From: Pseudomonadota bacterium
GTDB lineage: Bacteria; Myxococcota_A; UBA9160; JADFDR01
NCBI GenBank assembly: GCA_003353845.1
Contig: PIVT01000010.1
Span: 4,042 to 68,041 of the forward strand
DNA length: 64,000 bases
Direction: 5' to 3'
Both the position numbers and the translations under genes were made by a program. Below the pieces are notes generated by a model that saw only the letters and a list, made by a program, of their open reading frames with translations, did not search any database and was not told the origin of the DNA. Shown here piece by piece: positions 17,850 through 26,542 of this stretch; position 1 is the first letter of the stretch; every line of letters begins with the position of its first letter.

Positions 17850-19502
17850 ATGAAGAAAAGTTTTCCTGCTCCTTTACACGGAATTTTGTTTGGGGTTCTC
17901 CTGCTCCTCTGTGCATTGACCTTGGCCCTACCTGCCAGTGCGGAGGGTGACAAGCTCCCCCTCGAAGAGACACGCGACTGGGCCGTGCTTGCAGATGGCC
18001 GCGTAAAACCGCTGCAAACCTTTGCGAACGAAACCGTATTGAGTGTCGTGGGTCGAAAGAAAATCGACGGGTTGAACGCGCTGGAGATCTTCTGGGGCTA
18101 TGCCTTGTCGCCGGAGGATTTCAAGGGTCGCCCGCTCATTCGCATTGAGAGCCCCACACTCAAGGAGGCGTTGGAATTCGATGCTGGGGCCCGTCGCTTC
18201 TCCTTTGACGATATCATGGGCAGTCTCCAGTTCCAGGAACTCGCGCGCTCCGCCATGGATCGGCAGCGCGACGACATGGATCTGACAAGCATGGAGAAGG
18301 ACGCTTTGAGCGTCTATAGCAAGGCCACGCGGGTCTCCGACTTGATGCGAGGGGATTCACTCACCATCATTCCTCTGCCAGACCGAGAAGGAAATTGGTC
18401 CACCCCGAGAGCCATTCAAGCCTCTCCCGACGCCAAGACGCAAACCATCTCAGGGAAATTTGCTGCAATGGCGATGGCCTACAACAAAGGCAATGTTGAG
18501 GTGTTTCGTTCGTCTGCCATTGAGCTCCGCAGTGATTTACGAAACCTCAACCCGAGCGTTTACCCGAGTGAGACCATTATTGAGCGAGAGGTTTTCTATG
18601 GGGACATAAACCCTTTTGGTAAAGCTTGGAAGTTCTATCTGGTAGGTACCCTCTTGATCTTCCTCCTTGGATTCTCCACGAAGCGTTGGTTGTATATCAG
18701 CGCACTGGCGCTGCTCGGTCTTGGCTTCGCCTGTCACACCATGGGCGTCGGTCTGCGCTGGTACATTGGCGGGCGCGCTCCCGTATCGAACATGTACGAG
18801 TCGCTCATCTTCATGGGATGGGGAATCATGGCCATCGGTTTCGTGCAAGAAGCGATCTACAAGAAACGCTTCTTTGCCTTGGCGGGGGGGTTGATGAGCT
18901 TTATCTGTCTCGCCTTCTCCGAGAATCTTCCCATCGACTCTTCCATCAGTCCACTGGTCCCTGTCCTGGCGCATACCTCTTGGCTGGCGATCCATGTCAT
19001 GACCATCATGCTTTCTTATTCGGCCTTTGCCCTGGCCATGATACTGGCTCATTTTGCGCTCTTTACACAATTGTGGAGGCCGAACAGGACAGACCTGGTT
19101 CAATCCCTGGCGCTGCTTCTTTACAATACGCTGCAGGTTGGCCTGCTCTTTCTCGCAGCCGGGATCATCTGTGGGGCTGTTTGGGCTAACGAAAGCTGGG
19201 GACGCTACTGGGGATGGGATCCCAAGGAAACCTGGTCGCTCATCACCTTCTTCATCTATCTCGCCATTGTGCACGGACGCTTTGCCGGCTGGCTAGAAGA
19301 GTTCGGATTGGCGGCGAGTTCGATCATCGGATTTTTGTCCGTGATCATGACCTACTACGGAGTAAACTTTATTCTGGCCGCAGGCATGCATTCCTATGGC
19401 TTCTCCGAGGGGGGCCAGTTCTGGATGCTCACGTTTACCCTTCTGGAACTCGGGGTGATTGCTATCGCCTTTGTGAGGCACCGCCGGCCGGCCGCGCCCT
19501 GA
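17850..19502 (+). CDS. ccsA: CcsA/ResC cytochrome c synthase subunit with a ~270-aa N-terminal periplasmic extension (set 2)
   Basis: It has the WWD domain WGRYWGWDPKETWSLITFFIYLAIVHGR and GGRAPVSNMYESLIFMGW. A signal/TM segment and a soluble extension precede the polytopic core. Confidence 0.85.
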   Translation: MKKSFPAPLHGILFGVLLLLCALTLALPASAEGDKLPLEETRDWAVLADGRVKPLQTFANETVLSVVGRKKIDGLNALEIFWGYALSPEDFKGRPLIRIESPTLKEALEFDAGARRFSFDDIMGSLQFQELARSAMDRQRDDMDLTSMEKDALSVYSKATRVSDLMRGDSLTIIPLPDREGNWSTPRAIQASPDAKTQTISGKFAAMAMAYNKGNVEVFRSSAIELRSDLRNLNPSVYPSETIIEREVFYGDINPFGKAWKFYLVGTLLIFLLGFSTKRWLYISALALLGLGFACHTMGVGLRWYIGGRAPVSNMYESLIFMGWGIMAIGFVQEAIYKKRFFALAGGLMSFICLAFSENLPIDSSISPLVPVLAHTSWLAIHVMTIMLSYSAFALAMILAHFALFTQLWRPNRTDLVQSLALLLYNTLQVGLLFLAAGIICGAVWANESWGRYWGWDPKETWSLITFFIYLAIVHGRFAGWLEEFGLAASSIIGFLSVIMTYYGVNFILAAGMHSYGFSEGGQFWMLTFTLLELGVIAIAFVRHRRPAAP

Positions 19503-19533
19503 CGGTACCTTTGATCGAGTGCCTTGAAGCTAG

Positions 19534-20205
19534 CTATTCAGCAGTCGTTGATGTGGGGTACTGCGCCCTGATTTCAGATTGAATCAAGTCCTGTAATTGC
19601 TGGTAGCCAAAGTTTTGGAGGGGTTTCCCATTCGCAAAGAAACCCGGCGTTTTCCGGACATTCAGCACTTTGGCGTCGGCTAGATCCTGTTCGATGATTT
19701 TTGTAAAGGCAGGATCACTCATGTCGATTTTGATCTTCTGTAGATCGAGTCCCTCTACCCGAGATAAAAATGGCCAGATCTTCGTCAGGTCCGGCTTGTG
19801 GTGACTCGCCCAGTAGCGTTGTGACTTGTACATGGCGTCCAACGTCTCCCAATACTTCCCTTGCTTCTTGGAGGCCTCGAGAATTCGTACAAAATCATCG
19901 GCGCCCTTGTGGAAAGGGGCATATCGAATCACTAGCTTGATTTTACCGGGGTTGGCGTCCATGATTTGCTTAACAAAAGTTGAAAAGGCCGCGCAGGTTT
20001 CGCAGGCAGGGTCCATGAACTCGACGAGATAAACTTTCGCATCATCACTGCCCAGGGTTTGAGAATGATCTCTGATAAAGAGTGAAGCATTTTCCTGGGC
20101 CATGAAGCCAAGTTTCTCGGCCTGTTGTTTTTTGTAGTAGGAAGTGCCGAACACGAATGCAAAGAGCAGCGCAAGACATGAAATTCCAAAGATTGCATAT
20201 TTCAT
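19534..20205 (-). CDS. DsbA-family thiol:disulfide oxidoreductase (membrane-anchored)
   Basis: It has an N-terminal anchor and a thioredoxin fold with the CETC active site (FMDPACETCAAF). Its start overlaps the stop of the upstream DsbB-like gene. Confidence 0.8.
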   Translation of the reverse strand: MKYAIFGISCLALLFAFVFGTSYYKKQQAEKLGFMAQENASLFIRDHSQTLGSDDAKVYLVEFMDPACETCAAFSTFVKQIMDANPGKIKLVIRYAPFHKGADDFVRILEASKKQGKYWETLDAMYKSQRYWASHHKPDLTKIWPFLSRVEGLDLQKIKIDMSDPAFTKIIEQDLADAKVLNVRKTPGFFANGKPLQNFGYQQLQDLIQSEIRAQYPTSTTAE

Positions 20206-20705
20206 TTAGAAGTCCTTTGTTTCAAGAAAATGAGAAGGGCGATGATGGTGGAAAAGGACAGTAGAGAAAGCATTGGGATTGTCAAAAAACCAAACAGGTC
20301 GATGTACTCTTCGGTGCAGGAGACGCCTTGACTGCAAGGTTGGACGCTCTCTGGGACAATTCCAGCAATCATCAGGTTTTGAAACAATGCGACCAGCCAG
20401 CCGACTACCGCCAAGGGCAGGGCATATTTCACAACGTTCTTATCAAAGGGGAAGAGCCCGGCTGCCAGGATCAGGACCAGAGGGAACAGGCATATTCTCT
20501 GGTACCAACACAAGACACAGGGTGCAAACGCCATCACGTAGCTGAAAAACAAGCTTCCCATGGCTGAGGTACTGACCAGGAGCCAGCATGCAAAAAGGAT
20601 GTTCCAGTTTACATTCGTTCTTGGATCGGTCTGAGGCATGTCAAAGGCTCGCTGCAATTGAGTGGGGAGATTGAATAACTCAGGATTCCAAGAGTTGAAA
20701 CCCAT
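20202..20705 (-). CDS. DsbB/BdbC-family disulfide bond formation protein
   Basis: It has four TM helices, the first Cys pair CVLCWYQR in TM1, and a second pair in the PCSQGVSC loop. An alternative start lies at 20639. Confidence 0.75.
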   Translation of the reverse strand: MGFNSWNPELFNLPTQLQRAFDMPQTDPRTNVNWNILFACWLLVSTSAMGSLFFSYVMAFAPCVLCWYQRICLFPLVLILAAGLFPFDKNVVKYALPLAVVGWLVALFQNLMIAGIVPESVQPCSQGVSCTEEYIDLFGFLTIPMLSLLSFSTIIALLIFLKQRTSK

Positions 20706-20767
20706 GAGGGATGCTGTGATTCACTGAAGTGAAGTATATCACAGCTCCCTCGTTCTCTCCTTGACTC

Positions 20768-22360
20768 TTAGAGATCCTCGTAGGCCGCGAATCCACCATC
20801 GTGGCAATCTGTACAGATCGTGAAGTCGTCAAAGTCTTCGTCGTCGTCGAGGTGAACGAACACTTGCCCCTCTTTGAAGTTGGAGAGTGTCTCGATAACC
20901 TCTTCGCCCTGCGCAAGGATCGAGTGACACTTCGTGCAATCGGTGAAGATGGTGTCACCCTCGACAGACTCCATGACATCGTTGTGGCAGCGGAAGCAGC
21001 CGGGGGCATCGCGATGCCCGATGTTGTCCGGATGGGCAGACCAGTCGGCCTTCATTTCTGGGAAAATCGTCCGGCGATAGATTTCCTGGAGGGCCGTGAC
21101 AGCCCGCTGGAGTTCTTCCCTTTGCTCCGTGAGGACCTCAGGATACTCTTCATTGTAATACCCGCTCAGACCGTAGGAGATCTCCTTGAGCGCTTCAGCC
21201 TTGGTCTCGTATCGGCTATCGAGCAACTTGAGACCCTGATACTTGATATAAGGGAGCTCACGCGAGATCTTGCCAGCCAGAATGGCGTCATTGATGGAGT
21301 CCATGGGTTTGGCGAATTGGTGCGCGGGACGGCTGTGGCAATCCAGGCACTCGACTTGGTGGGTCTCTAGCGAAGTTCTCTCTTCATCGCTAAGAGGCTC
21401 GTCAGTATTATTATATTCAGTGATCTTGCCATCCGGAGCAGTGACACGCACATATGGGATTTCTTGACGCCTGTGGTCGCGTGCGATGAACTCGATTTTA
21501 TTCTGGCTCAACATATGGTAGTGGATCCCTGCACCGTCAATCAGGCCAGCGCCTTTTTCCTGGCCGCCGATCTTTAGTAGAAGCTTGATCTCGGAGGGGG
21601 TGCTTTCCTCGTCGGCATGGAAGTATTGGCGCGACAGCACTTTGTAATCGACGAATCGGTCCTTCCAGTGGCAGCTCTCACACATCTCCAATGAAGATCT
21701 CCGATTGTGAATGGGCGTGGGGATCGGCCGGCTAAAGTCTCCAGAGACGACACCGTAGACTTGTCGGAGTCCGTTTACCTTGGCCTCAATAAATCCCTTA
21801 GCGCCATGACCTACATGGCACTCGACACACGCGACGCGCGCATGTGGCGAATCTTCATAAACCATGGCCTCCGGGCTCATGACAAAATGACAGGTATTTG
21901 CACAGAATGCATTTGACTCCGTGTATTCCACCATGGCGATGGATCCGGCCCCGAGCGTCATCAAAGTCAGTGTTACACCGATAGTCGTGAGCAGTGCGAT
22001 CAAGACGATCTTGGGATGCGTAAAGAGGCCGAGATTGAGTTCCACATGCCATTGCCCGCTGATGGTTGGCGGTTTGCCGTGCGCGCGATGCTTTTTTTCG
22101 GCCACTCTGCCGAGCAGGGCGACGCCGATACCGGCCAGAGTAAGCGCTACTGGTGCGATGTACATCACACCGGCATACCCGCCCGCGTCATGGCTGATGA
22201 GATCGAGGATGATAAAGAAAAACAGACTGGAGAACGAACCAATGGCAAGGATGATCCCGGCAATACTGATCCCATTGAAGACCAGCCGGGGAGGGGGCGG
22301 CCGCTCGTCATCATCTAGGTGTGAATGGTCGTCGTGTTTTCTTCGGATACGGATGGGCAT
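20768..22360 (-). CDS. Inner-membrane heptaheme c-type cytochrome (three N-terminal TM helices; NapC/NirT/ImcH-like)
   Basis: It carries seven CXXCH motifs (CANTCH, CVECH, CESCH, CLDCH, CFRCH, CTKCH, CTDCH) after three hydrophobic helices. Confidence 0.85.
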   Translation of the reverse strand: MPIRIRRKHDDHSHLDDDERPPPPRLVFNGISIAGIILAIGSFSSLFFFIILDLISHDAGGYAGVMYIAPVALTLAGIGVALLGRVAEKKHRAHGKPPTISGQWHVELNLGLFTHPKIVLIALLTTIGVTLTLMTLGAGSIAMVEYTESNAFCANTCHFVMSPEAMVYEDSPHARVACVECHVGHGAKGFIEAKVNGLRQVYGVVSGDFSRPIPTPIHNRRSSLEMCESCHWKDRFVDYKVLSRQYFHADEESTPSEIKLLLKIGGQEKGAGLIDGAGIHYHMLSQNKIEFIARDHRRQEIPYVRVTAPDGKITEYNNTDEPLSDEERTSLETHQVECLDCHSRPAHQFAKPMDSINDAILAGKISRELPYIKYQGLKLLDSRYETKAEALKEISYGLSGYYNEEYPEVLTEQREELQRAVTALQEIYRRTIFPEMKADWSAHPDNIGHRDAPGCFRCHNDVMESVEGDTIFTDCTKCHSILAQGEEVIETLSNFKEGQVFVHLDDDEDFDDFTICTDCHDGGFAAYEDL

Positions 22361-22461
22361 TTGGCAAGTTCTCCAGGCAGCATAAATAGATGAACCGTTA
22401 CTTTAAGCGCCCTGATGCCGACACAATAGTGTGATAAGGTGCTCATTTTTCCAGGCAGACC

Positions 22462-23304
22462 CTACTCTGACGGGGCCTTCTTGCTCTCTTCTTTACTTGC
22501 TTTTCGTATTTCATCGCGCTTGGACTTCAGTTGGTCGAGTACCTCTTTTGTCTCAGCCTCGATGGCATCCAAGTCAAAGGTATGCCACGTAATGGAAAGA
22601 TGGCTGAGCTTCTGGTCGACTTCCTTGAAGAACGCCCGGCTTTCACTCGGGTCGATCCGATGGCTGAGATAGCGGTAGTAGTGGCTAATGGAGAGAAAGC
22701 GGTTGATGAGATGCTCAGCTTTTTCTGGATTCTCTGGATGGTTGTCGGTTTCCTCATTGTGACAACGCACGCAGGATTCTGCGACGGAGCTTACGTTGAG
22801 AATCTCAACGTTGATGGAACCGTGACAGGTAACGCAGGTAGGACCTTGATCCTCGATTTTTTCTGCGACCACGTGTTTGAAGTGCTCGCTTTCTTTGAAG
22901 CCCTCTAGAATGTCGTCGTGGCAGTCGCCGCATGTTTCGCTGACATTCGTGAAGTAGACGCCGCTGGCTTCATCTGTTGAAGCGACCCCCGCGCCATGGG
23001 AATCTTTCTTCTTGGAGGCTCGGGGATTTCCACCGTGGCAATCGTCACAGCTGACGCTTTCCAGGGAGTGAATGGATGTTTCCCATTGTTGGAAGTAGTC
23101 GTACAGCTTCTTGTTTCGCACGAGGAAGGTCTTGTTTCCGTGACATTCGATACAAGTGTTTTTTTCGGCTTCAGCTGCGGAGAGATCGATTTGAGGAATG
23201 AACCCGATGGTGAGTATGAGTACGAGGCGAAGAAGCGCAGGTAGGCCTTCGACTATTCGGATACGGATACGAGCAGGATTTTGGCTGTTGTATTGAAAGG
23301 GCAT
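22462..23304 (-). CDS. Pentaheme c-type cytochrome with a helical C-terminal region
   Basis: It carries five CXXCH motifs (CIECH, CDDCH, CGDCH, CVTCH, CVRCH) and a signal/anchor segment LPALLRLVLILTIGFIP. The start at 23304 is favoured by a GAGAGGA RBS; the ORF track gives 23397. Confidence 0.85.
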   Translation of the reverse strand: MPFQYNSQNPARIRIRIVEGLPALLRLVLILTIGFIPQIDLSAAEAEKNTCIECHGNKTFLVRNKKLYDYFQQWETSIHSLESVSCDDCHGGNPRASKKKDSHGAGVASTDEASGVYFTNVSETCGDCHDDILEGFKESEHFKHVVAEKIEDQGPTCVTCHGSINVEILNVSSVAESCVRCHNEETDNHPENPEKAEHLINRFLSISHYYRYLSHRIDPSESRAFFKEVDQKLSHLSITWHTFDLDAIEAETKEVLDQLKSKRDEIRKASKEESKKAPSE

Positions 23305-23801
23305 TTCCATTCCTCTCGGTTTCTTGAAGCTGTGAGAACGAAGATCGGCGCGAGGTTTGGAGCCATCGTGTGAAAGTCGGCGAACCCCACTCGTCACGCT
23401 CTATTTCTCCAGTCAGCCCGCCTTTCAGATTCAGGGGGAAGATCAAATTTGAGTCAGAGACCCTTAATTTTGAGGGCATTTCCCGCGCATTAAATCCCCA
23501 ATCAGACGGAAAAAATGTTAGCAAGAAGCATGGGTTGCAGCCACGCGGCTCGCTCCTGCAATGGGACTAATTTGTCGCACCCAGGCTTTTTAGCACGGAA
23601 TTCGGGTCTTCTAGCGTGCCGGTTTTAGGCGGTCGTGGATGATTCCCGGACCGTACACAATTTTGTCATCAAAGTGCAAAGCGAGACAAAATACAGGTGC
23701 CGGTTTGCAGGAGTGAAGAAAGTTTTACGGATGCGTTCGTCGTGAACCCTTGATCGGCGTTTGTTGTAGCGTTCGCTCGTGTCAGATGCTGATTCAGGTA
23801 C

Positions 23802-25148
23802 TTGAAGATCAAGTTTCGATCTGGGCATCTGACTCTACTTTCCTTACTCTTCCAGAAGCTTCATACTTGGGTTCCGGCCAATAGGCGGACCTGTCTTGCT
23901 GGCACTGCGCAGTTGGCGCCGATCCGGCAGAGGAGATTCTTGAGCTTTTCTGGGTCCCTTAAAGTTGTGCGTCGAGCACTGGAGAGCTTGAGCCGTCTCT
24001 CGCTAGACGCCGTGCTCGATCCCTTTGGTGGCGCAATCCCGCTATCTCCTGAACGCGTTGCGACGCCAAAATTTTTGACTTCACTTCTCCGAGATCACGC
24101 GGTTGACCCGACCCTGCGAGGCTTGCAGGTTGAGCACGCTTCCCTGCTGGATATCAAATCCATCAGTAGCAACTGCAATAACTCTGTCTTGTCCATCGAA
24201 GGGCATGGCGTTGATGCGGTGTCGGTCTCGACCAGTCTGTTTATGAAACAGCCGGCCCCCGAGCTACTTACCCGCGCTTTTTGCAATATGATTCGCATCT
24301 GGGAGCTTGAGTGCCGCTTCTACCGACGGGTAGCGCCCCAGCTTCCCATCCGTACCCCCAAGGCCTGGGCAGTGGCCCATCGCGGTACTCGCTTTGTGAT
24401 GTTACTCGAGAACCTCCACGCCGACCCGGAGGTACAGCTCTTTACGAACCCTGACATGCTGAAGGGCCCGTCTATTCCGCAAGTGAAACGCTGCCTTGCC
24501 ACCTTGGCGAAACTGCACGCCTCCTTTGCAGGTCAGACGGCAGCGCAACGCGAGGAGTTGTTGCCCAGGGTGCTTCATCCGTACCTCTCTCCGGACATGC
24601 GTGAGATTTCCAAGGCCATTGCCGCGGTGTCCATCGACCCCTGTCAGAAGAAGGCCCCGCATGTGCTCACCGCTGAGTACGTCACGCTCTTGAAACGAGT
24701 CATGGCCCGTTGGGATGTGCTGCTGGACTGCTGGTACCAGGAACCGCTTACTCTGGTTCACGGGGACAGCCATCTTGGCAACTTTTTCGTGAGTGGTGAC
24801 GACATGGGCATGCTCGATTGGCAGGCCGTGCAATGGGGCAAAGGAATACGCGATGTGCAGTACCTGCTCATCGATTCGCTGCCCGCTGAGATTCTCGCCG
24901 CCCATGAAGAAGGGCTCGTGCTCTATTACCTGTCCGAATTGGCAGAGCAGGGCGTATCGCTGCCCTTTGACGAGGCTTGGGAGCAGTACCGCGCTTATTC
25001 CTTCCAGACTTTCATTACCATCGTTGTCTCTCTGGGCTCTGGCAGTATGCTGGGGATGGACGAGGTGATGATCGAGATCCTTGCGCGCTGCATTGCGGCC
25101 ATGGAGCGTTTAGACTTTTCAGGCTGGGCCGACGCCAACCTGGGCTGA
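23802..25148 (+). CDS. Aminoglycoside-phosphotransferase/choline-kinase-fold small-molecule kinase (CHK/EcKL-like)
   Basis: It has the catalytic loop VHGDSHLGNFF and the downstream MLDWQ (metal-binding Asp). The start is uncertain: a TTG at 23940 preceded by AGGAG is an alternative. Confidence 0.65.
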   Translation: MKIKFRSGHLTLLSLLFQKLHTWVPANRRTCLAGTAQLAPIRQRRFLSFSGSLKVVRRALESLSRLSLDAVLDPFGGAIPLSPERVATPKFLTSLLRDHAVDPTLRGLQVEHASLLDIKSISSNCNNSVLSIEGHGVDAVSVSTSLFMKQPAPELLTRAFCNMIRIWELECRFYRRVAPQLPIRTPKAWAVAHRGTRFVMLLENLHADPEVQLFTNPDMLKGPSIPQVKRCLATLAKLHASFAGQTAAQREELLPRVLHPYLSPDMREISKAIAAVSIDPCQKKAPHVLTAEYVTLLKRVMARWDVLLDCWYQEPLTLVHGDSHLGNFFVSGDDMGMLDWQAVQWGKGIRDVQYLLIDSLPAEILAAHEEGLVLYYLSELAEQGVSLPFDEAWEQYRAYSFQTFITIVVSLGSGSMLGMDEVMIEILARCIAAMERLDFSGWADANLG

Positions 25149-25181
25149 TCGCGCTTCAACGAATAGATTGAAAAGAGCTGA

Positions 25182-26525
25182 ATGAGCAATAGAAATCACC
25201 CCGAAGAAGTTCGCTTTACTGATATTGCTGATCCCGAACTTGGTTGGCAGCAAAAATTGGCTTTGTACTTTGGTGAAAAGCAGAAGGTTTCTTTTACGCA
25301 GGCTGCGGTTTTGGCTCAGGCACAAAAGAGAACGGGACTTTCTGACTTCGGAGCCGAAGACTTTCATGAGCCGTTACAAGTCTTACTCGATGAATACAAG
25401 GGCGATGATGGGCTTACGGCTTTAAATCGTCAAATCCTGTTCAACAATCTAGTCCGCTATGCAAGCAATCGCCTGCTAATCGAGGATGTTCTCAAAAGGC
25501 ATCCTGAAATTCACGATATTGAAATAAGAAAACCAACTGTGGTGGTAGGTCTCCCGCGTTCGGGGACCACTCATTTGTTGAATCTCCTTGCGGCAGACCA
25601 GCGTTTTCGCTCCCTGCCACTCTGGGAATCCTATGAGCCACTTCATGTCCCGGGAAAAGAAAAGCCAGAGGCTTTGCGTGCTGCGTTGATCAAGCTTGTT
25701 GACGGGATACGTACCTTGCGAGAAAAAGATTTTACTCCTTCCTCGAATCAGTTTGATCCACGTTATCGTCGTTGTGATTTTGAATGGAAGATGATGCAAG
25801 TCATGGCGCCGCACATTGCAGCGATGCATCCCATGAATCCAGATCACATTCACGAAGAATTAGAATTGATGGGTCCGGATTTTTCTTCGTATATCTTTGA
25901 GTGGACGGCCATGGTGCCGAACTATCGTGATTATTATTACAAGACAGATCAGGCCCCTCATTATGAGTACATGAAAAAAGTGCTCAAAATTTTGCAGTGG
26001 CAAAAAGGTCCTGATCGCTGGGTGCTGAAATGTCCGCAACACTTAGAGCAGCTTCCGGTGCTGCAGAAGACCTTTCCAGATGCCACTTTTGTGGTGACAC
26101 ACCGTGACCCCATTGCGGTCATTCAATCTGCAGTCACGATGATGGCCTATGCTCAGCGGATGGGTCGCAAGAAGGTTGAAACAAAAAAACTGATTGAATA
26201 TTGGACCGATCGAATTGAGCATTTGCTACGCGCCTCGATTCGGGATCGTCATGTTCTTCCCGACGCGCAGACAATCGATGTCTTGTTCCACGAATTCATG
26301 GCGGATGATCTGGGCATGATTGAGAAGATCTATGCAAAAGCAGGTGTTGAGATGACCTCCGAGGCGAAAGAACAGCTGGAAGGGTTCGTTCGCGATCATC
26401 CACGCGGGAAGCATGGTCGTGTCGTTTATGATCTGAAGAATAACTTTGGCGTTGATCCCAAATCGCTACAGGAACGTTTTGATTTCTATTACAATCAATT
26501 CCCGGTTAGAAAAGAGCACGGATAA
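25182..26525 (+). CDS. PAPS-dependent sulfotransferase family protein
   Basis: It has the 5'-PSB loop GLPRSGTTHLLNLL and a 3'-PB-like VVTHRDPIAVIQS. Confidence 0.8.
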   Translation: MSNRNHPEEVRFTDIADPELGWQQKLALYFGEKQKVSFTQAAVLAQAQKRTGLSDFGAEDFHEPLQVLLDEYKGDDGLTALNRQILFNNLVRYASNRLLIEDVLKRHPEIHDIEIRKPTVVVGLPRSGTTHLLNLLAADQRFRSLPLWESYEPLHVPGKEKPEALRAALIKLVDGIRTLREKDFTPSSNQFDPRYRRCDFEWKMMQVMAPHIAAMHPMNPDHIHEELELMGPDFSSYIFEWTAMVPNYRDYYYKTDQAPHYEYMKKVLKILQWQKGPDRWVLKCPQHLEQLPVLQKTFPDATFVVTHRDPIAVIQSAVTMMAYAQRMGRKKVETKKLIEYWTDRIEHLLRASIRDRHVLPDAQTIDVLFHEFMADDLGMIEKIYAKAGVEMTSEAKEQLEGFVRDHPRGKHGRVVYDLKNNFGVDPKSLQERFDFYYNQFPVRKEHG

Positions 26526-26542
26526 AGGTTTTGGGGGCACGA

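Noticed and set aside
26446-26542. The upstream extension of the SDR-Gfo fusion ORF (ORF-track start at 26446).
   Set aside because: It overlaps the last 80 nt of the sulfotransferase gene in another frame and adds no recognisable sequence. The ATG at 26543 directly precedes the SDR glycine motif region and follows a G-rich RBS-like stretch.
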